Shown in pieces: positions 41,716-52,502 of a DNA stretch of 64,000 nucleotides. Made by a program: the position numbers and the translations under genes. Below the pieces are notes generated by a model that had not been told where the DNA came from, ran no database searches, and saw nothing but the letters and a program-made list of their open reading frames with translations. The stretch covers positions 1 through 64,000 of the forward strand of contig JBMNLZ010000002.1 in assembly GCA_050953065.1 (NCBI GenBank), given 5' to 3'. Numbering within the stretch: the stretch's first letter is position 1; every line of letters begins with the position of its first letter. The stretch comes from Bacilli bacterium (GTDB lineage: Bacteria > Bacillota_I > Bacilli_A > ML615J-28 > CAG-698).

Positions 41716-42492
41716 TTATAAATCCAGTAATATATATAAACTGACAGCATCTTTAAACTTTTGAATATTAAAACCAGTATTCTTTTTAATATATTCTATT
41801 TTATAATTAACAGTATTTCTATGCATATATAAATTACTAGCACTCTTACTAACATTTAAATTATTTTCAATAACTGATTTTATTAGACTAATTAATTGTT
41901 GGTCTATTAAAATTTTATCAAGTAAAAGTTTTTTTAATAATTTAATAAGTTTATAATTTCTTTTATTAATTTCTAAAACTAAATCATTAATTGAATATAA
42001 ATCGTTAATTTTATTTTTAAAATATTCATTCCATAAAAAATATAAAAATACACTATCCCTTATGTTTATAATTTCGCAAGCAAACATTTTAAACTTTATT
42101 CCAAAGTCATAACTTAAAGCTTCATGAATTCTTTTTAATTCAATATCTTCTAATTCTTCATCATAATAAATAAACATTTTATTATTAAAAACAATTACTT
42201 CAATATTATCTAACATCTCTTTTAGAATTGCTAGGATTCTTTCATCTTTAATATCTATAATTAATAATTTTTTCCTTTTATTTTTTTTACCAAAAAAAAC
42301 ATTTTCAATTAAATCTAGATTTGTATAACTATTAATAACTTTACTTAAGTATTCTTTTTTTAGTAATTCTAACTTTTCTTTATTTTTAGTAATTGCTAAA
42401 ACATTATTATCTTCATCAATTAAAAAATAATCTTCATTCAAAAATATCTTTTCTTCTAAATTATTTAGATTAATAAAATATTTATTTTCCAT
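41716..42492 (-). CDS. PucR/CdaR family transcriptional regulator
   Basis: C-terminal NLNVSKSASNLYMHRNTVNYKIEYI HTH motif. Confidence 0.85.
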   Translation of the reverse strand: MENKYFINLNNLEEKIFLNEDYFLIDEDNNVLAITKNKEKLELLKKEYLSKVINSYTNLDLIENVFFGKKNKRKKLLIIDIKDERILAILKEMLDNIEVIVFNNKMFIYYDEELEDIELKRIHEALSYDFGIKFKMFACEIINIRDSVFLYFLWNEYFKNKINDLYSINDLVLEINKRNYKLIKLLKKLLLDKILIDQQLISLIKSVIENNLNVSKSASNLYMHRNTVNYKIEYIKKNTGFNIQKFKDAVSLYILLDL

Positions 42493-42532
42493 AATACTTT
42501 CCTTTTTTAAAAATAGTGATTATTTTTAATCA

Positions 42533-42721
42533 CTATTTTGGATTTTTTATTTTTTTAATAAGTTCAATTCGAGGTAACATTATAATTCTTTCACAAGTAA
42601 CGCACTGAAGTTTATAATCCACACCACTTCTTAAAACCTTCCACGTAGTCCCCCCACATGGATGAGGCTTTTTAAACTCTAAAATTTCTCCTACTTCATA
42701 ATTAATTACTGTTGTCTGCAT
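42533..42721 (-). CDS. DUF951 family protein
   Basis: KKPHPCGGTTW...LQCVTCERIIMLPR. Confidence 0.9.
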   Translation of the reverse strand: MQTTVINYEVGEILEFKKPHPCGGTTWKVLRSGVDYKLQCVTCERIIMLPRIELIKKIKNPK

Positions 42722-43520
42722 TATGTATTACCACCTGATTATGTGGGATTTCAATTCCATTAATATCTAGTATTTCTTTAATTCTTTTTCTTAATGCTCT
42801 TTCAACTGCATAATGTTGAGCAGGTTCTGTTTTTACAGTAACTCTTAAAGTTATACCATTATTTTCTAACTTTGTTACTCCTAAAACATTCGGCCCCTCA
42901 ATTATTTCTGGATAATTTTCATGAAAACTTTCTAGGGCTTCACGTAATATTTTAATTACTTCTTCAACATTCTCTTTTAAAGCAATTTCAACTTCAACTA
43001 CACCAACACTTGGAAATCTTGAATAATTTAGAACTGTATTAATTTGACCATTCGCAAAAATTTTCAATTCGCCTTTCCAATTAAGAAGTCTTGTTGTTTT
43101 AAGACCAATCTCAGTAACATTGCCAGTGAAACCATTTATCTCAACTAAATCACCAACATCAAAAAAGTTTTCAAAAACAATATTGATTCCTCCAAGAAAA
43201 TCTTTAATCAAGTCTTGTGCCCCAAGACCAATTATTAATCCAGCAATTCCAGCCCCAGCAACTAGCGGCATAATATTAATTCCCCAAATTCCTAAGAAAG
43301 AAATAATAGCAATAATATAAACAATATATCTAATCATACTTTGAACCAATTTAGAAATTGTTGCAATACGCTTAATATTCTTTTTATTTCTTTTTACAAT
43401 ATTCCCCATTACTACTTTTAAAACTATTAAAAAGATAATAACTAAGCCGATTACAACTGCAGTATAAATTACTCTCGTTAAATTCTCTATAAAAAAATCT
43501 TTAATATCACTGAATGGCAT
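42702..43520 (-). CDS. Small-conductance mechanosensitive channel (MscS/YkuT family)
   Basis: Three TM helices and motifs AGAGIAGLIIGLGAQDLIKD and VGDLVEINGFTGNVTEIGLKTT. Confidence 0.9.
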   Translation of the reverse strand: MPFSDIKDFFIENLTRVIYTAVVIGLVIIFLIVLKVVMGNIVKRNKKNIKRIATISKLVQSMIRYIVYIIAIISFLGIWGINIMPLVAGAGIAGLIIGLGAQDLIKDFLGGINIVFENFFDVGDLVEINGFTGNVTEIGLKTTRLLNWKGELKIFANGQINTVLNYSRFPSVGVVEVEIALKENVEEVIKILREALESFHENYPEIIEGPNVLGVTKLENNGITLRVTVKTEPAQHYAVERALRKRIKEILDINGIEIPHNQVVIHNADNSN

Positions 43521-44301
43521 CTGCTTTTACCTCATTGTTTTCAATTATTTCTTTTGCTAGAGCACGGTATTCTTTACTGCCTCTAGAATTATATGCAGTC
43601 TTAATTACACTTTTTCCTTGCATTGCTGCTGCTTGAATATGACTTGATCTATAAATCATTGTTGAGAAAGTTTTAGTTGGAAACATTTGTTTAACTTGAT
43701 CTACAATATCATAACTATAAACACTTCTATTATCTAGTTGAGTAATTAAAACTCCTTCAATTATTAAATGCATTCCTTTTTTCTTTTTCTTTTGTTGAAG
43801 TTGATTAATCTTATTAACCATTTGAGTTAAAGCATCATAAGCAAAAAAACCACACTCAACAGGAATAATTACTGAATCACTTGCAAATAGTGCATTCTCT
43901 ACAACAAGCCCAAGTGAAGGCGGACAATCAAGTAAGATATAATCATATTTATCTTTAATATATTGTAGCTTTTCATAAAGCAATAATTCTTTATTCTCAA
44001 CACCATGTAATTCTTCTTCAATGGTAGCTAACTTATTAGAGGCAGGGATTATATCTAATCCATTATCAAATAACGAATAGATTGCTGTTTCAATCGGACT
44101 TTTTTTAGTAAGCACCTCAAAAGTAGTTTGATTAAGATCATCCCTTATCAAACCTAAACCTATTGAAGCATTAGCTTGTTCATCTAGGTCAACTAGCAAT
44201 ACTTTTTGACCGTGATTAACTAAACCTGCTCCTAAATTAATAGCTGTGGTAGTTTTACCTACCCCACCTTTTTGATTCGCAATCGCGATAATTTTTCCCA
44301 T
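43507..44301 (-). CDS. soj: ParA/Soj family ATPase
   Basis: Motifs ANQKGGVGKTTT, DLDEQAN and DCPPSLG. Confidence 0.88.
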   Translation of the reverse strand: MGKIIAIANQKGGVGKTTTAINLGAGLVNHGQKVLLVDLDEQANASIGLGLIRDDLNQTTFEVLTKKSPIETAIYSLFDNGLDIIPASNKLATIEEELHGVENKELLLYEKLQYIKDKYDYILLDCPPSLGLVVENALFASDSVIIPVECGFFAYDALTQMVNKINQLQQKKKKKGMHLIIEGVLITQLDNRSVYSYDIVDQVKQMFPTKTFSTMIYRSSHIQAAAMQGKSVIKTAYNSRGSKEYRALAKEIIENNEVKADAIQ

Positions 44302-44345
44302 TATCTTTCTCCCTAGTACTCTAATTTTACCACTTTAAAATAATA

Positions 44346-45026
44346 TTACAATGTTTTTTTCTTTATCATAGAAAACTTTCTTGGATATAATTTATCTGTG
44401 GTTTTTGTTTTTTTAATAAATACTAAACTTCTCTTCCCCATTTCAAGAGGTAAATCATATTTAATAGTTTCTCTTAAAGTACAATTTAACACTTTTAATG
44501 CATTATTAATTTCTTTTATTTCACTATCTATGTTTGAACCTTTTAAAGCAATAAATAAACCATTCACTTTTAAAAATGGAATTGTTATTTCAAGTAAAAT
44601 ATTTAAATGTGAAACAGCTCGTGCTAAAGCAATATCAAACTCTTCTTTATTATTTAAATCTTCTGCTCTTTTATTGATAATATAAACATCTTTTAAATTT
44701 AATGCTTCAACTAGACGCTCTAAAAATAAACACCTTTTCAAAGTTGGTTCTATTAAATAAAGTTTTAAATTAGGATAAATTATCTTTAAAGGTATTCCAG
44801 GAAAACCAGCTCCCGTGCCAATGTCTGCTACTTTTAAAGAGATAGAAAAATCTATATATTTAGAAACAATAATACTATCATAAAAATGCTTAATATAAAT
44901 TTCATCTTCTTTAGTAATAGCAGTTAAATTAATTTTTTTATTTTCTTCTATTAAAAAAGAAGTATATATTTCAAACTGTTTTTTCATCTCATCTGTTAGA
45001 TGAAAATCATTTAAATAATTAACCAT
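44346..45026 (-). CDS. rsmG: 16S rRNA m7G527 methyltransferase
   Basis: Motifs [24 protein letters not shown] and ARAV. Directly downstream of mnmG. Confidence 0.95.
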   Translation of the reverse strand: MVNYLNDFHLTDEMKKQFEIYTSFLIEENKKINLTAITKEDEIYIKHFYDSIIVSKYIDFSISLKVADIGTGAGFPGIPLKIIYPNLKLYLIEPTLKRCLFLERLVEALNLKDVYIINKRAEDLNNKEEFDIALARAVSHLNILLEITIPFLKVNGLFIALKGSNIDSEIKEINNALKVLNCTLRETIKYDLPLEMGKRSLVFIKKTKTTDKLYPRKFSMIKKKTL

Positions 45027-46887
45027 TCTTTTTTCCTTCTAAATAAACAAGTAAGACTGCGATATCACTTGGATTAACTCCACTAATTCTTGAGGCTTGT
45101 CCTAAAGTTAGGGGTCTTACCTTATTTAGTTTTTCTTTTGCTTCTTTAGCAATATTAACTATTTTTTCATAATCAAAATCAAGAGGGATTTTTCTATTTT
45201 CCATTTGAATTAATTTCTTAGCTTCTTTATAAGCTTTTTCAATATAACCTTGATACTTAATTTCCATAATGATTTCTTCGCTTTTATCTTTATCTAAAGG
45301 ATTTTTTATACCAGTTAAATTAAAAATATCTTCTAAAGAAATTTCAGGTCTTTTTAAAAACTCATATAAAGAAATTTTTTTGTTTAAAATGTTTTTATTA
45401 TTTTCTTCTAAATAATTATTTATCTCTTGTTTTGGACTAATAAAGGTTTCTTTTAATAAATTTAGGAATTCTATTTTAGATGCTTCTTTTTCTTTAAACC
45501 TCTGGTATCTATCAGCCTTGATTAAATTAACAAGCCTACCATATTCAATTAATCTTGTTTCAGCATTATCATGACGAAGTAATAATCTAAACTCAGCGCG
45601 TGATGTTAAAAGACGATATGGATCCCTAACTCCTTTAGTAATTAAGTCATCAATTAAAACACCTATATATGCTTCATCTCGCCTTAGAATTAAAGGTTCT
45701 TTATTATCCATTTTTAAACAAGCATTAATTGAAGCGATTAAACCTTGACAAGCAGCCTCTTCATAACCACTTGTTCCATTTATCTGTCCTGCAAAATATA
45801 AGTTTTCAATATTTTTTGATTCTAAAGTCGATAAAAGACCCCTTGCATCAATTGCATCATATTCTATCGCATAAGCATATTTTTTTATTATAGCATTTTC
45901 TAATCCAGGCAAACTCTTAATCATTAAATCCTGTACATCCTCAGGCATACTAGTAGAAAACCCTTGAAGATAAACCTCATTTAAATGTTTGCTTTCTGGT
46001 TCTAAAAAAACTTGATGAAAATCTTTATCAGCAAACTTAACAATCTTATCTTCAAATGAAGGACAATATCTTGGTCCAACCCCTTCAACAAGTCCTGAGT
46101 ACATACTTGAGCGACTCAAATTTTCTTTAACTATTTTTTTAGTCTCATCAGTTGTATAAATAAGATAACATAATTCTTGTTTTTCTAAAGGTAAAACATC
46201 TTCTTCTTTAGTTTCAAAACTAAAGTGCCAAGGCCTATCATCCCCAGGCTGAGGAATCATGTTTTCATAATTAATTGAAGACTTGACAATCCTTGCAGGA
46301 GTTCCTGTTTTTAATCTAATTAATTCAAAACCATGTTCTTTTAAAGAACAAGAGATTCCGGTTGTTGTTTTTTCATTATTTGGACCCTTACTATAAGTTT
46401 TACTTCCCATTAGGATTCTAGAATTAAGATAAGTCCCAGTTGCTAAAATTACTGCTTTAGCAAAATACTTTTCTTTATTTTCTAAAACAACACCCTTTAT
46501 CTTTTTATCTTCAATTATTAAAGATTCAACATAGGCTTCTTCCACATCTAAATTAGGAGTATTTAAAACAACATGCCTCATATAGTTAGAATATTCTATC
46601 TTATCAATTTGAGCTCTTAAGACTCTTACGGCTGGTCCTTTTGAAATATTCAACATTTTTATTTGAAGTAAGGTCTTATCAATTGCTTTAGCCATTTCGC
46701 CACCTAAGGCATCGATTTCTCTAATAACGATTCCTTTAGCCGATCCTCCCATTGAAGGATTACACGGTGTATTAGCAATATATTCTAAACTACCTAAAAA
46801 TAGTTTAGTTTTTTTATTTAATCTAGCACTAGCCAAAGCTGCTTCAACACCAGCATGTCCACCGCCAATGACTATCACATCATACAT
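45019..46887 (-). CDS. mnmG: tRNA uridine 5-carboxymethylaminomethyl modification enzyme
   Basis: Motifs [33 protein letters not shown] and [14 protein letters not shown]. Confidence 0.97.
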   Translation of the reverse strand: MYDVIVIGGGHAGVEAALASARLNKKTKLFLGSLEYIANTPCNPSMGGSAKGIVIREIDALGGEMAKAIDKTLLQIKMLNISKGPAVRVLRAQIDKIEYSNYMRHVVLNTPNLDVEEAYVESLIIEDKKIKGVVLENKEKYFAKAVILATGTYLNSRILMGSKTYSKGPNNEKTTTGISCSLKEHGFELIRLKTGTPARIVKSSINYENMIPQPGDDRPWHFSFETKEEDVLPLEKQELCYLIYTTDETKKIVKENLSRSSMYSGLVEGVGPRYCPSFEDKIVKFADKDFHQVFLEPESKHLNEVYLQGFSTSMPEDVQDLMIKSLPGLENAIIKKYAYAIEYDAIDARGLLSTLESKNIENLYFAGQINGTSGYEEAACQGLIASINACLKMDNKEPLILRRDEAYIGVLIDDLITKGVRDPYRLLTSRAEFRLLLRHDNAETRLIEYGRLVNLIKADRYQRFKEKEASKIEFLNLLKETFISPKQEINNYLEENNKNILNKKISLYEFLKRPEISLEDIFNLTGIKNPLDKDKSEEIIMEIKYQGYIEKAYKEAKKLIQMENRKIPLDFDYEKIVNIAKEAKEKLNKVRPLTLGQASRISGVNPSDIAVLLVYLEGKKNG

Positions 46888-46889
46888 AC

Positions 46890-47678
46890 TTATTTTCCTT
46901 TTCCTAACTCCTTAGCTCTTTTACTACAAGCAATACTTGCTTCATCAATTATTCTTAATAATTCATTTTCTTCTAATACTTCAAGCCCTGCAATAGTAGT
47001 ACCTTTAGGACTACAAACATCTTTAATTAATTCCTCAATTGTTTTAGGATTTTCTAAAACCATATTAGCAGAACTAATTAAAGTATGAGCAACAATTTCG
47101 CGTGCTAAGTTATAATCAATTCCTCTTAAAACTGCACTATCAATAAATGCTTTCATAAAGTAATATACATAAGCTGGCATACTACCATTTAGTGGAGTTA
47201 AATCATCAATTTGGTCTTCTATAACTTGATAAGTAACTCCGATTGCATTAAAAATCTTTAAAGCAATCTTCATATCTTTCATCGTGACATTATCATCTGC
47301 AGCGATTACACTAACAGCTTTATTTATTAAAGCACCGGTATTTGGCATAACTCTAATATATAAATTTTCTCCAAAAAATTCTTTTAACTTTTCAATACTA
47401 ATTCCAGCTGCAATACTAATTATTAATTTATTAGTATCTTTTATTTTTAACTCTGTAAAGTTTTGAGGTTTGATGGCAAGAAGAATTGTTTCAGCCTCAT
47501 TAAATACTTCTTCAATTGTTTCTGCAATCTCAAAATCCTCTTCTTCAAGCAAAGCACATTTTTCTTTATCAACATCATAAATAATGATTTCTTTTTCTTT
47601 AAAAACTTTTTTATTAATGATGCCTCTTAAAATGCTTTCACCCATTTTACCAACACCAATAATACCTAATTCTTTCAT
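46890..47678 (-). CDS. proC: Pyrroline-5-carboxylate reductase
   Basis: Motifs GVGKMG, AIKPQ, SIAAG, RVMPN and VCSPKGTT. Confidence 0.95.
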   Translation of the reverse strand: MKELGIIGVGKMGESILRGIINKKVFKEKEIIIYDVDKEKCALLEEEDFEIAETIEEVFNEAETILLAIKPQNFTELKIKDTNKLIISIAAGISIEKLKEFFGENLYIRVMPNTGALINKAVSVIAADDNVTMKDMKIALKIFNAIGVTYQVIEDQIDDLTPLNGSMPAYVYYFMKAFIDSAVLRGIDYNLAREIVAHTLISSANMVLENPKTIEELIKDVCSPKGTTIAGLEVLEENELLRIIDEASIACSKRAKELGKGK

Positions 47679-48908
47679 TTATCTAATTTGTCCTTTACCA
47701 TATATTTTATATTTATAAGTAGTCATTTCAACTAAAGCCATCGGTCCTCTAGCATGGAGTTTTTGAGTACTAATTCCAAGTTCAGCTCCAAACCCAAAAC
47801 AACCTCCATCAGTAAATCTAGTTGAAGCATTATGATAAACACAAGCACTATCAATTAAATTTAAGAAATTACTCGCAACATCCTCATTTTCTGTAATGAT
47901 TGCATCAGAGTGTTTTGTTGAAAAAGTTAAAATATGATTAACAGCCTCATCAAAACCTTTGACAACCTTTACATTTACAATTAAATCTAAGTGTTCTGTT
48001 GCAAAGTCTTTTTCTAATGCTTCCTCACACTCAATTATTTCTTGAGTTTTTTTACAGCCTTTAATTATAACATTTGATTTTGTAAAAAGATCTTTTAATT
48101 GTGGTAAAAATTCTTTTGAAATTGCTTCATCTATTAAAATAGTTTCAACTGCATTACAAACTGAAGGTCTACTTGTTTTAGCATTATGAACTATCTTTAA
48201 TGCTTGACAAAGGTCAGCTTCTTTTTCAACATAGATATGACAAATCCCTGCTCCTGTTTCAATCACTGGAACAAGTGAGTTTGCTACTACAAAATTAATT
48301 AAGTTTTCACCACCACGTGGTACTACTAAATCAAGATATTCTTTTGCTTTAATTAATTCTAAAACTTTATCTCTATTTGTATCGTCAATAAAAGTAATAA
48401 CTCCAATTGGTAAAATATCTTTAATTGCTTTATGCATTACTTCTACTATTGCTTTATTAGAATTTAGTGCTTCACTTCCACCCTTTAAAACACAAGCATT
48501 TTTTGTTTTTAAACAAAGTACTGCAATATCAACACTAACATTAGGACGTGCTTCATAGATTGCTCCAATTACACCAAATGGTACTCTTACCTTTTCAATT
48601 AAAAGGCCTTCTTTAGTATTAAACGTTTCTAAAACCTTATCAACATCAAAATTAATTTCTCTTATTTTTAAAACATCTTTACTAATACTTTCAATTCTAT
48701 CTTTTGTTAGTAAAAGTCTATCAATCATTGCTTTAGAAATACCTCTTTCTTGAGCAGCTAAGATATCTTTTTCATTTGCTTTTAAAATATAATCAATATT
48801 ATTAATTAATTCTTGAGAAATATTTTCTAATGCTTTGTTTATTTTAGAAGGTGCCGTTATTCCTAAAACTTTACTAGCTTCTTTAGCACTTTTTAATTTT
48901 TCAATCAT
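47679..48908 (-). CDS. proA: Gamma-glutamyl phosphate reductase
   Basis: Motifs IYEARPNV, PSVCNAVE and NASTRFTDG...GISTQKLHARGPM. Confidence 0.97.
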   Translation of the reverse strand: MIEKLKSAKEASKVLGITAPSKINKALENISQELINNIDYILKANEKDILAAQERGISKAMIDRLLLTKDRIESISKDVLKIREINFDVDKVLETFNTKEGLLIEKVRVPFGVIGAIYEARPNVSVDIAVLCLKTKNACVLKGGSEALNSNKAIVEVMHKAIKDILPIGVITFIDDTNRDKVLELIKAKEYLDLVVPRGGENLINFVVANSLVPVIETGAGICHIYVEKEADLCQALKIVHNAKTSRPSVCNAVETILIDEAISKEFLPQLKDLFTKSNVIIKGCKKTQEIIECEEALEKDFATEHLDLIVNVKVVKGFDEAVNHILTFSTKHSDAIITENEDVASNFLNLIDSACVYHNASTRFTDGGCFGFGAELGISTQKLHARGPMALVEMTTYKYKIYGKGQIR

Positions 48909-50035
48909 TTATCTTCACCCTTATTTATTACTAAATCATTCGCATGAATTATTTCTTCTTTAGATTTATAACCTAAAATATTAGCAAATTCATTTGAATC
49001 TTTTCCTTTCAATAATCTTGTTTCCTCACTACTATAACTAATCACTCCTCTAGCACAAACCTTAGAGTTTTTATCTTTAATTTCTACAACGCTTCCTGCT
49101 AAGAAACTACCAACTACATCTATAATGCCTTTTGCTAGAACGCTTTTTCTTTTCTTACAAACAGCATTAATTGCTCCATCATCTAAAATAATTGCTCCTT
49201 TTGGTTCGCTATTATAAATTAACCAATGAGCCTTAGCTTGCAAGCGATTATTTTCATGACCATTAAACCAAGTACCAATATTTTCTTTATTTAAAGCTTT
49301 AATAATATTATCTAAATTATTACCATTTAAAATCAAAGTAGAGCATCCTGCATCTTGAGCCATTTTAGCAGCATGGATTTTTGTATACATCCCACCACTG
49401 CCAACCTTAGAACTACTTCCTCCTGCCATTTGATAAATCTCATCACTAATGCAATCAACACAAGAAATTAATTTTGCATCTTTATGAACACTAGGATTCT
49501 TATCATAAAGCCCGTCAATATCAGTTACTAAAACTAATAGATCAGCTGAGATTGTAGCTGCAACTAAAGCTGATAATTTATCATTATCACCCATTTTAAT
49601 TTCTTCAACTGCTAAAGCATCATTTTCATTAATAATTGGAACTACATTAAAATTAAGTAAATTATCTAAAGTATTTTTTAAATTAGTTACTCTAGATCTA
49701 ATTTCTAAATCATCATGTGTTAATAACAATTGAGCACATTTTAAATTATGTGCTTTAAAAGATTCTTCATAAATTTGAATTAACCCAGATTGTCCAACAG
49801 CAGCACATGTTTGTTTTAAATTAATTGTTTTAGGTCTTTCTTTTAATTCTAACTTACTAGCACCAACTGCAACAGCACCTGATGTTACTAAAATAACTTC
49901 ATATTTTTCTTTTAAAGTTGAAATTACTTTAGCTATCTCTTTTATCTTTGCTTCATTTAATTTTAACTTTGCATCAAGCAAAGTTGAAGAACCAATCTTT
50001 ATTACAATTTTTTTAATTTTATTAATTTCTCTCAT
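48905..50035 (-). CDS. proB: Glutamate 5-kinase
   Basis: Motifs KIGSS, VTSGAV, PIINEND, GDNDKL and GGMYTK, with a PUA domain. ATG 50035 has an AGGTGG RBS (ORF track extends to 50059). Confidence 0.96.
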   Translation of the reverse strand: MREINKIKKIVIKIGSSTLLDAKLKLNEAKIKEIAKVISTLKEKYEVILVTSGAVAVGASKLELKERPKTINLKQTCAAVGQSGLIQIYEESFKAHNLKCAQLLLTHDDLEIRSRVTNLKNTLDNLLNFNVVPIINENDALAVEEIKMGDNDKLSALVAATISADLLVLVTDIDGLYDKNPSVHKDAKLISCVDCISDEIYQMAGGSSSKVGSGGMYTKIHAAKMAQDAGCSTLILNGNNLDNIIKALNKENIGTWFNGHENNRLQAKAHWLIYNSEPKGAIILDDGAINAVCKKRKSVLAKGIIDVVGSFLAGSVVEIKDKNSKVCARGVISYSSEETRLLKGKDSNEFANILGYKSKEEIIHANDLVINKGEDK

Positions 50036-50151
50036 ATCTGTCCACCTTGTAGCATACATTATAACATTTTTATTTATATTTGTTAAGACAAAAAGAATTG
50101 GTATAAAAAGGACACTTTTTTAAGTGCCCTTAAGTTAAGTCATTACTTTTT

Positions 50152-51513
50152 TTAATCCCAAGATAAAGGTTGAATTCTAAACGTAGCTGAAATACTTGGA
50201 TAAGCAACAGATGTTGCTGTAATAATAGTATCAAAATATACATTTACTCTTGTTACAAGTCCATTCTCATCAACTGTTGCAGCATTTATATTGCTTGAAA
50301 CCCATGTTACAGATTTATCTATTGACGCCTCATCAACTCCAGGTGCAAAAGTCATCGTTGCAACAAGTTGTAAAGTACCTCCATTTTCAGTTGGATAATT
50401 TCCAGTAAATGTAACAGTCATTCCTGTTGCTTCTGGAATGTCATTAATTGTATAAGTTGCTTTAATATTTGCATCATCAACAGACACAGCTGTAATTGTA
50501 ACATCGCCATAACTTACAAGTGTCACAAGTCCTGCTTCAGATACTGTTGCAATACTTTCATCACTTGTTGACCAAGTAACTACTTGACTAGCTGATGATG
50601 GTAGAACTGTTGCTTTTAATTTAACAGTTGAACCAATTTTTTTAACATATTCTCCAGCCTCAATACTCATTGATTCTGGTGCATGATATTTAACAATAAT
50701 ATTATATGTTCCTCTAATAGTTGGATCGTATGGATCTTTAGCAATAACAGTAACTGTTCCTGCTGTTATTCCACTTAAAACTCCTTCTTCTGTAATTGTT
50801 GCAGTTCCAGAATCTGCACCACTACCAACAGACCAAATAGGTGTAGGTGAAGCATTATCTGGTTCAATACTACAAGTCATTTGTAAAGGTGTACCAACAT
50901 AAATTTCAGTATCTGTATTTGTAATTGTGATATTTGTTGCAGTTGCATAATTATTAACTTTAATATTGTATTTAGCCACTAAAGTAGTATCAGCCACACT
51001 TGTTGCACTAATAGTTACATTTCCTTCTGCAACCCCTGTAACTTTACCTGATGCATTAACTGTTGCAACTTCTTCATTGCTACTTAACCAAGTCACTTCT
51101 TGACTTGAATAAGAAGGAACAACTAAGGCTGTTAATTCTAATACTTCATCTTTTACTAATACATTACCATTAGCATTAATTCTAATTGAAGTTCCCGCTA
51201 AAGGAGTTACAACAATTTCTACTGTATCAAAAATAGTTTTATCTTCTTTAAAATAAGCCGTTACCGTTGCACTTCCTTCAGCTACTCCTGTAACAACATC
51301 TTCTAAAACACTTACTATTTCTTCATCGTCGCTTTCAAAAACTAAAGTTCCACTACCTCCATAAATTGAAGGAATTAATCTTAACTCTTGACCTATAGCA
51401 ATTTCTTCTGTTTGATTAGTAAACATTATTTGTACTCTTGTAACACTTCGTTTACATCCCGTAACAAATATTAATATTCCTAGTACTGCTAGTAAAAACC
51501 AATTTCTTTTCAT
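50152..51513 (-). CDS. Lipoprotein of Big_2 Ig-like repeats (no catalytic domain)
   Basis: VTGC lipobox and about 5 WxSSxxxxATV repeats. Confidence 0.85.
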   Translation of the reverse strand: MKRNWFLLAVLGILIFVTGCKRSVTRVQIMFTNQTEEIAIGQELRLIPSIYGGSGTLVFESDDEEIVSVLEDVVTGVAEGSATVTAYFKEDKTIFDTVEIVVTPLAGTSIRINANGNVLVKDEVLELTALVVPSYSSQEVTWLSSNEEVATVNASGKVTGVAEGNVTISATSVADTTLVAKYNIKVNNYATATNITITNTDTEIYVGTPLQMTCSIEPDNASPTPIWSVGSGADSGTATITEEGVLSGITAGTVTVIAKDPYDPTIRGTYNIIVKYHAPESMSIEAGEYVKKIGSTVKLKATVLPSSASQVVTWSTSDESIATVSEAGLVTLVSYGDVTITAVSVDDANIKATYTINDIPEATGMTVTFTGNYPTENGGTLQLVATMTFAPGVDEASIDKSVTWVSSNINAATVDENGLVTRVNVYFDTIITATSVAYPSISATFRIQPLSWD

Positions 51514-51690
51514 AAAGTATCCTTTCTAACTGTTTAATTCTGTCTACTATTGTATCATAAGTTTTTAAACTTGTTAAGATTTTTTTAAATTTTATATTTT
51601 TTATTAATTCTTATTTTAAATTTAAAACAAGTTTTAATTTATATTTGCAGTTTTATATGCTTTATCATATAATTATTATGGTGAAGAAAA

Positions 51691-52452
51691 ATGGAAGAAA
51701 ATAAATTAATAACCTCTAGTGAGTTTAATGAAGAAGAACATACCTTTAAAACTATTAAAGCTAGAAAAGTTACTTTAAAAAAGAATTATAAGTTTATTAA
51801 AACAAATATCTTTTATTTAATTTATAGTGATATCTTTGTTGGAGTAATGTTGTTTTTAACAACAATCTACACTAAACTTATTTTAGGTTCTAAAATAGTT
51901 AATAAATACTATAAAAAAGAAATTAATAAATCTGGTGGTGTGATTATTGCTAACCACATCCACCCTTTAGATGTTTCAATTATTGGTAGAAGTTTTTATC
52001 CAAGAAGAGTTTATCCTTTAACTTTAAAATCTAACTTTGGTCTACCTATTATTGGTTTTATGCAAAAATCAGCCAGAGCAATTCCAATACCAGATAATAT
52101 AGCACAATTAAAAAAATTTGACTCTGAAATAATTGAAGCCTTAAATAAAAAGAAAAAGATTTTAATTTATCCAGAAGGAAGTCTCTCTCTTTATGATAAA
52201 ACTTTAAGAAAATTTAAAACAGGTGCTTTTAGATATAGTGCACTTACAAACAAACCAATCCTACCAATTATTACTACCTTTAGAAAAGCAAAAGGATTAA
52301 GAAAACTTTTTAGAAAAAACAAACCTCTTTTTACAACAACTTTTTTAAAACCAATTTATCCAGATGAATCTTTAAAAGAAAGAGAAAACATAATCTATCT
52401 TCATAATAAAGCAAGAGAAGTTATGCAAGATTTTATAGATAAAGCTTATTAA
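51691..52452 (+). CDS. Lysophospholipid acyltransferase (PlsC family)
   Basis: NHIHPLD (HxxxxD), IYPEG and FKTGAF motifs. Confidence 0.88.
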   Translation: MEENKLITSSEFNEEEHTFKTIKARKVTLKKNYKFIKTNIFYLIYSDIFVGVMLFLTTIYTKLILGSKIVNKYYKKEINKSGGVIIANHIHPLDVSIIGRSFYPRRVYPLTLKSNFGLPIIGFMQKSARAIPIPDNIAQLKKFDSEIIEALNKKKKILIYPEGSLSLYDKTLRKFKTGAFRYSALTNKPILPIITTFRKAKGLRKLFRKNKPLFTTTFLKPIYPDESLKERENIIYLHNKAREVMQDFIDKAY

Positions 52453-52483
52453 AAAAAGTACAAAAATTTTTGTACTTTTTTTT
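52452..52483. terminator. Bidirectional terminator between convergent genes
   Basis: AAAAAAAGTACAAAA-AT-TTTTGTACTTTTTTT. Confidence 0.75.
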
Positions 52484-52502
52484 AATACTTTAATTTATTT
52501 TT

